Positions 58,887 to 64,000 of a stretch of DNA of 64,000 nucleotides are shown one piece after another. The notes under the pieces are model-generated. The model ran no database searches, was not told where the DNA came from, and worked only from the letters and a program-made list of their open reading frames with translations. How positions within the stretch are numbered: position 1 is the first letter of the stretch; every line of letters begins with the position of its first letter. The translations under genes were made by a program, and so were the position numbers. This stretch comes from an uncultured Acidobacteriota bacterium (GTDB lineage Bacteria; Acidobacteriota; Thermoanaerobaculia; UBA5066; Gp7-AA6): NCBI GenBank assembly GCA_963763535.1, contig CAVXOX010000004.1:8254-72253 (forward strand), given 5' to 3'.

Positions 58887-61217
58887 ATGACAACCCGACC
58901 CGTCGGCCGCGTCCTGGTTCTGGTCCTCGCGCTCCTGGCCCCCTGCGCCATGACGGCGGCCACGCTCACGGTCACGAACACCGGCGATTCCGGCGCCGGA
59001 TCGCTGCGGCAGGCGATTCTCGACGCCGACGCCGGTGCGGGAGGCGACACGATCACGTTCAACATCCCCGGCGGCGGGCCTTTCGTCATCTTGCCGCAGC
59101 CGCCCGGGCTTCCGGCCATTCTCAAGCCGACGACCGTGGACGGCACGACGCAGCCCGGCTATGCCGGCACCCCGATCATCGAGATCGCCAACTTCAGCGG
59201 CACCGGCTTGAAGCTCCAGGGCGGCGGGAGCACGGTTCGCGGCGTCGTCGTGCGCGGCATGAACAACGGCATCTCGATGGAGAGCAGCAACAACCACGTC
59301 GAGGGCTGCTACGTCGGGACCGACGTGACGGGCACGCTGGCCGCCGCCAATGGCACCGGGATCACCGTCCAGTCCGGCTCGACCGGCAACACGATCGGCG
59401 GCTCCTCGGCGGCCCAGCGGAACCTGATCAGCGGCAACATGGCAGGCATCGCGCTCATCAACGCCACGAATGCCGTCATTCAGGGCAACTACATCGGCAC
59501 GACCGCCGACGGCACCGCCCCCCTCGGCAACAGCCAGGGCATCCTCGCGACCGCCACGACCAATCTCGTCGTGGGCGGTTCGGGCGCGGGTGAGGGCAAC
59601 GTGATCGCGGCGAGCTCCCTGGAGGGGATTTACCTGACGAGCGGGAGCGGCGCCCTCATCCAGGGCAACCGGATCGGGACGAACGCGGCGGGCACCGAGG
59701 CCCTCGGAAACGACGTCGGCGTCAGCGCCTCCAGCCATACCGGCCTCGCCCTCGGCGGCAACTTCAATGCGGGCGAAGGGAACCTGATCTCCGGAAACAC
59801 CCATCAGGCCGTGTTGCTCGCGAGCGTCGGCGCCGTCGTGAAGGGCAACACGATCGGCCTCGACGTCACGGGCCAGCTGCTCCTCGGCAACGGGACGGGC
59901 ATCGAGATGGACGTCGCCGCGACCGACTGCGTCATCGGCAGCATCGCGAACGGCGAAGGCAACGCGATCGCCTGGAACGACGTCGGCATCTACAACTACG
60001 GCGTCCGCAACTCGATTCGCGGCAACCCGATCTTCTTCAACGGCTCGATCGGCATCGACAACGACCCGGCCGGCGTGACCATCAACGACGCCGGCGACGC
60101 CGACACGGGCGCGAACGAGCTGCAGAACTTCCCGTTCATCTCGTCCGTCGACTACGGGCCCGGGCCTTCGCTCACGGCGCACGGCATCCTCCAGTCGACG
60201 CCGAACGTGACGTTCGATCTCGACTTCTACGAGAGCCCCTCCTGCACGCCGCACCCGCGCGACCTCCTGCAGAGCGCGTACTACATCGGGTCGACGCAGG
60301 TTATGACGGACGGCTCGGGCAACGTCAACTTCGACACTCTCCTGAGTGACCCCAATGCCGCAAGCATGCCGATCATCACCGTCACCGCGACGGATCCCTC
60401 CGGCAATACCTCCGAGTTCTCGCAGAACGTGATCTACGCGTCGAGCCCGCGCTCCGGCCCTCCCGCGGGAGGCGTGACGGTGACGCTGACCGGGACGCAC
60501 TTCGTCTCGGGCGCGACGGTCACCTTCGGCGGGGTTCCGGGCACGAACGTCACCTTCACCAGCGAGACGAGCATGAAGGCGGATGCGCCCGCCCTTTCCG
60601 CGGCGACCGTCAACGACATCATGGTGACGAACACGGACGGCACGGCGGGAACGCTCAAGAAGGCCTGGATCGTCGACTTCCTCGACGTGCCGCCCTCGCA
60701 GCAGTTCTACACGTGGGTCACGACGCTGGTCTCGAACGCGATCACGGTCGGCGTCGGCAGCGGCAACTACGGCGTCGCGGACCCCACGCTGCGGCAGCAG
60801 ATGGCCGTCTTCCTGCTGAAGGGCCGCCACGGCATCTGCTACGTCCCGCCGACGTGCCAGGGCGTCTTCGGCGACGTCGCCTGTCCCTCGACGTTCGCGG
60901 ACTGGATCGAGGCCCTGGCGGCCGAGGGCATCACCGGCGGATGCGGCGGCGGCAACTACTGCCCGACGAACCCGGTGCGCCGCGACCAAATGGCGGTCTT
61001 CCTGCTGAAGGCCGAGCACGGATCGGCGTACGTTCCGCCGGCGTGCCTCGGGATCTTCGCCGACGTCCCCTGCCCGTCGCAGTTCGCCAACTGGATCGAG
61101 CAGCTGAGCCACGAGGGGATCACCGGCGGCTGCGGCGGCGGCAACTACTGCCCGCAGAACCCGAACACCCGAGGCCAGATGGCCGTGTTCCTCGTCAAGA
61201 CGTTCGGCCTGCAGTAA
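58887..61217 (+). CDS. Secreted beta-helix protein with IPT/TIG and SLH-like cassette
   Basis: GAGGAGG RBS; VTNTGDSGAGSLRQAI, NLISGN repeats, IPT domain, 3 SLH-like repeats. Confidence 0.88.
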   Translation: MTTRPVGRVLVLVLALLAPCAMTAATLTVTNTGDSGAGSLRQAILDADAGAGGDTITFNIPGGGPFVILPQPPGLPAILKPTTVDGTTQPGYAGTPIIEIANFSGTGLKLQGGGSTVRGVVVRGMNNGISMESSNNHVEGCYVGTDVTGTLAAANGTGITVQSGSTGNTIGGSSAAQRNLISGNMAGIALINATNAVIQGNYIGTTADGTAPLGNSQGILATATTNLVVGGSGAGEGNVIAASSLEGIYLTSGSGALIQGNRIGTNAAGTEALGNDVGVSASSHTGLALGGNFNAGEGNLISGNTHQAVLLASVGAVVKGNTIGLDVTGQLLLGNGTGIEMDVAATDCVIGSIANGEGNAIAWNDVGIYNYGVRNSIRGNPIFFNGSIGIDNDPAGVTINDAGDADTGANELQNFPFISSVDYGPGPSLTAHGILQSTPNVTFDLDFYESPSCTPHPRDLLQSAYYIGSTQVMTDGSGNVNFDTLLSDPNAASMPIITVTATDPSGNTSEFSQNVIYASSPRSGPPAGGVTVTLTGTHFVSGATVTFGGVPGTNVTFTSETSMKADAPALSAATVNDIMVTNTDGTAGTLKKAWIVDFLDVPPSQQFYTWVTTLVSNAITVGVGSGNYGVADPTLRQQMAVFLLKGRHGICYVPPTCQGVFGDVACPSTFADWIEALAAEGITGGCGGGNYCPTNPVRRDQMAVFLLKAEHGSAYVPPACLGIFADVPCPSQFANWIEQLSHEGITGGCGGGNYCPQNPNTRGQMAVFLVKTFGLQ

Positions 61218-61231
61218 TCCCGTCTTCCCTC

Positions 61232-61262
61232 GAGGGGAGAGGCGCCCGCCTCTCCCCTCTTT
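61232..61262. terminator. Hairpin terminator between convergent genes
   Basis: GAGGGGAGAGGCG-CC-CGCCTCTCCCCTC followed by TTT. Confidence 0.65.
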
Positions 61263-61298
61263 CCTCGATCCTTCTCCCCGGCTTCCTGCTGAGGAAAC

Positions 61299-62744
61299 CT
61301 ACGACGCCGGGATCGCCTGCGCGGGCGCGACGGGCGAGACCCGCTGCGCCTCCTCGTGCTCCTTCAGGTACGCCTGCGCCCTCATCATGCGCTGGGTGCG
61401 CGCGAGGACGCGGGTGAGATACGGGATCTGCGACGGCTTGATCTGCCGCATCCAGTCGAGCCAGCTCTTCTCGCCGGAGGTATTCAGGATCGAGCGCCGC
61501 CACGTCTCGGCGTACAGCTCGAAGAAGCGCCTCGCGCCGAGGCGCGGCTCCCACAGCACGTGGTGCATGTCGTACTTCCACCACGGCTGGCCCTCGAGCA
61601 CCGGCGCGAGCTTCTGGAAGAGCTCGGTGCCGGGCAGCGGCGTCAGGATCGTGTAGCCCGCGCGCTGGAAGCCGTTCGCCGCGACGAAGTCCCAGAGCTC
61701 ACGGAACTTCGCCTCGCCCCAGTCCGGGTCGACGAGGAAGTTGCCCGTGACGCCGTAGCCGAGCTCGCGCGAGATCCGCGCCGCCTCGAGCGACGCCGCG
61801 ACGCCGGTGTCCTTGACCACGTCGGCGAGGCCCGCGTCGGAGGCCGCCTCGAGCCCGAAGAAGATGTCGAAGTCCTTGGCGATCGGCCTCCATGCCTCGA
61901 GGAGGTCCGCGTTCCGGCCGACGAGATCGGTCCGCGTCTGGACGAGGATCCACCGCTTCTTCACGCCGCGCTTCCGGAGCGCTTCCGCGAGCGCGCGGCT
62001 CCGCTCGGGGTGGTTCCAGAACAGGTCGTCGGCGACGAAGATCGCGTCGCCGGCGGACTCGAAGTCCTCGACGACGGCGCCGATCGAACGCTCGCGGAAG
62101 GAACGGCCGTAGAGCTGCCACACCGAGCAGAAGTTGCAGCGGAAGGGGCAGCCGCGCGCCGTCTCGATCAGCCAGACCGGCTTGAAGAGAAGGCAGTGGT
62201 AGCGATGGCGGTGCCGCGCGATGAGATCGCGCGCGGGCAAGGGCACGGCGTCGAGGCTCGTGCGGTCCTCGAGCGGGCGCGTGGCGGTCCAGGCGTCGCC
62301 GTTCTGCACGAGGAGCGCCGGCACGTCGCCGAGCTCCCGGCCGGTGGCGACCGCGTCCGCGACGGCGGGGACGACCTCCTCGCCGTCGTCGACGCAGATC
62401 GCGTCGATCTCGGGCGCCTGGAGCGGGGCGGGGTACGCCGCCGCCGCGTGGCCGCCGACGAGGATCGTGGCATCGGGACTCTCGCGCCGGACCTGCCGGG
62501 CGGTCTCGATCACGCGCTCATACTCGAGCGCGTGCATGCACGAGATCCCGACGAGGGCGGGCCGCGTGCGGCGCACCCAGCGCCCGATCGAGTCGCCGAA
62601 GCGGAGGTCCACGATCGTCGGCGAGTGGCCGCGCGCGCGCAGGGCGGCGGCGACGTACTCGAGCCCGAGCGGCTCGACGCGGAAAAAGGGGCCCAGCCCG
62701 AAACGTTCGTTGCCCGGATCGGGACGCAGCAGCAGAACGTTCAT
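61299..62744 (-). CDS. Cobalamin-dependent radical SAM protein (HpnR-like)
   Basis: EPLGLEYVAA, LVGGH B12-binding domain; RGCPFRCNFC; ILTPLPGT. Start ATG62744 or GTG62753. Confidence 0.9.
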   Translation of the reverse strand: MNVLLLRPDPGNERFGLGPFFRVEPLGLEYVAAALRARGHSPTIVDLRFGDSIGRWVRRTRPALVGISCMHALEYERVIETARQVRRESPDATILVGGHAAAAYPAPLQAPEIDAICVDDGEEVVPAVADAVATGRELGDVPALLVQNGDAWTATRPLEDRTSLDAVPLPARDLIARHRHRYHCLLFKPVWLIETARGCPFRCNFCSVWQLYGRSFRERSIGAVVEDFESAGDAIFVADDLFWNHPERSRALAEALRKRGVKKRWILVQTRTDLVGRNADLLEAWRPIAKDFDIFFGLEAASDAGLADVVKDTGVAASLEAARISRELGYGVTGNFLVDPDWGEAKFRELWDFVAANGFQRAGYTILTPLPGTELFQKLAPVLEGQPWWKYDMHHVLWEPRLGARRFFELYAETWRRSILNTSGEKSWLDWMRQIKPSQIPYLTRVLARTQRMMRAQAYLKEHEEAQRVSPVAPAQAIPAS

Positions 62745-62779
62745 CGTGTGCACGGCGGATTGTAGACTTGAACGCCGCG

Positions 62780-63730
62780 ATGGGAGAAGCCGAGGCGCTC
62801 AACGGGTACAGCGGGGGACCCCCCGAACGGCGCGGCCGCAAGAAGTGGGTCAGCCACGGCCTTTCGAACCGGGTGGTCTACGGCGGACTCCACTACGGCG
62901 CGCGCTGGCTGCCGATGGCGGCGCTGAACGCGATCAACGTCGTTGGAAACAGCCTGGCGGTGACGCTCCTCCGCCGCACGAAGGCCGGCATGCGGGACAA
63001 CTTCCGGTGCGCGCTCGGCGTCTCGGAGCCCGAGGCCGAGTCGCTCGCGCGGCGCCAGTTCTTCGAGTACGGCCGCCACACGATCGACGTCTGGCGCCTG
63101 CGGAGCGAGGCCTACGTGCCGACGGTCACGACGCTCGCCGAGGACGCGCGCGCGATCGCCGCGTGCCGCCACGGCGGCCGGGGGTTCCTGCTCGTCACGG
63201 GCCATGTCGGCAACTGGGAGATGGGAGCGGTGACGCTGCGACAGCACGATCTGGTCCCGGCCGTCGTCGGGCAGGCCGAGCTCGACCCGAACGTGCAGGA
63301 AATGCGCCAGCAGCTGCGGGCGCGCCTCGGCGTCGAATCGATCGACATCGGCTCTTCGATGGCGACGGCGTTCAAGGTGCGGGCCGCGGTCGACCGCGGC
63401 CGCGCGGTGGCGCTGCTCGTGGACCGCGCGTATCCGGAGGACCGCGTGATCGTTCCGTTCTTCGGCAAGCCGACGCCGTTTCTGCGCTCGCCCGCGCTGC
63501 TGGCGCGCTTCTGCGGCTGCGCCATTCTTCCGGGCTTCTTCCTGCGGAATCCGGACGGCTCCTACTTCAACGTCTGGGGCGAGCCGCTCTTCGCGAACCC
63601 GTCGCTGTCTCCCGACGAGGACGCGGTGCGGATCATGTCGCGCGTCGCCGACGACCTCGAGGCGATCGTGCGCCGGCATCCGACCCAGTGGTTCAACTTC
63701 TACCGATTCTGGGACGTGCTGCGGTCGTAG
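62780..63730 (+). CDS. Lipid A lauroyl/lysophospholipid acyltransferase family protein
   Basis: LVTGHVGNWE, VALLVDR, VPFFG, HPTQWF..FW. Confidence 0.9.
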   Translation: MGEAEALNGYSGGPPERRGRKKWVSHGLSNRVVYGGLHYGARWLPMAALNAINVVGNSLAVTLLRRTKAGMRDNFRCALGVSEPEAESLARRQFFEYGRHTIDVWRLRSEAYVPTVTTLAEDARAIAACRHGGRGFLLVTGHVGNWEMGAVTLRQHDLVPAVVGQAELDPNVQEMRQQLRARLGVESIDIGSSMATAFKVRAAVDRGRAVALLVDRAYPEDRVIVPFFGKPTPFLRSPALLARFCGCAILPGFFLRNPDGSYFNVWGEPLFANPSLSPDEDAVRIMSRVADDLEAIVRRHPTQWFNFYRFWDVLRS

Positions 63731-63838
63731 GAGGCGGGGGCTGAAGCCTGCGCCCCCTGCATTCATCCGCTCCCAGCCGTGTAGGGGCGGCCCGTGCGGC
63801 CGCCCCGCAGTGCGGGCGGGGACAAGCCCCGTCCCTAC
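63727..63838. repeat. GTAG-type REP cluster
   Basis: GTAGGGGCGGCCCGTGCGGCCGCCC...GGGCGGGGACAAGCCCCGTCCCTAC doublet (63781-63838) and a degenerate GTAG-led unit at 63727-63760. Confidence 0.65.
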
Positions 63839-64000
63839 GGGGTTCGCGCGCCGGAACCGGGCCGCTGCCACTTCCCGTAGACGTAGCTCCCGCAGCACCG
63901 CGCGCAGATGGGGAGCGGCTCCTTCGCGAGCTTGGCGCGGAACTTCCGGGCGCGCTCGCCCTTCCAGACCTCCGTGAACGACTGCCGCCGCACGCTGCCG
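63835..64000 (-). CDS. 3' end of a probable radical SAM/SPASM protein
   Basis: GSVRRQSFTEVWKGERARKFR...LPICARCCG...* resembles a SPASM/Twitch C-terminus; truncated by the window edge. Confidence 0.7.
   Translation of the reverse strand, partial: GSVRRQSFTEVWKGERARKFRAKLAKEPLPICARCCGSYVYGKWQRPGSGARTP

Noticed and set aside
27794-61217. CAGATGGC(C/G)GTCTT repeats as a CRISPR or non-coding array
   Set aside because: They are in-frame QMAVF codons of the SLH-like repeats with wobble variation; no spacers or cas genes.

Overview
GC-rich (roughly 70% by eye) bacterial chromosome segment, most consistent with Acidobacteriota (probably class Thermoanaerobaculia, inferred from gene content). The first ~27.7 kb is housekeeping: a truncated LPKTA sortase-type substrate, pyk, a ClC transporter, the minus-strand dcw cluster (mraZ-rsmH-ftsL-ftsI-murE-murF-mraY-murD-ftsW-murG-murC-ftsQ-ftsA-ftsZ, lacking murB and ddl) with a visible sigma70 promoter and MraZ boxes, an AlkA-like glycosylase, a SurA-like PPIase, mfd and iscS. 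From 27.8 to 61.2 kb there are eight large secreted proteins plus one decayed remnant. All end in the same ~180-aa cysteine-rich triple SLH-like cassette but carry different N-terminal cargo (beta-helix, SGNH-like esterase, S8 protease, PQQ-type beta-propeller), and one gene is visibly mosaic. Interspersed are a double-domain ThyX, a sigma54-type promoter upstream of an orphan gene and a DAACS transporter, an amidohydrolase, an ECF sigma/Ser-Thr kinase pair, and the edge of a lipid-modification locus (B12 radical SAM, acyltransferase, SPASM radical SAM). About 7-8 single-base frameshifts look like sequencing errors. No rRNA, tRNA, CRISPR array, transposase or prophage was seen.
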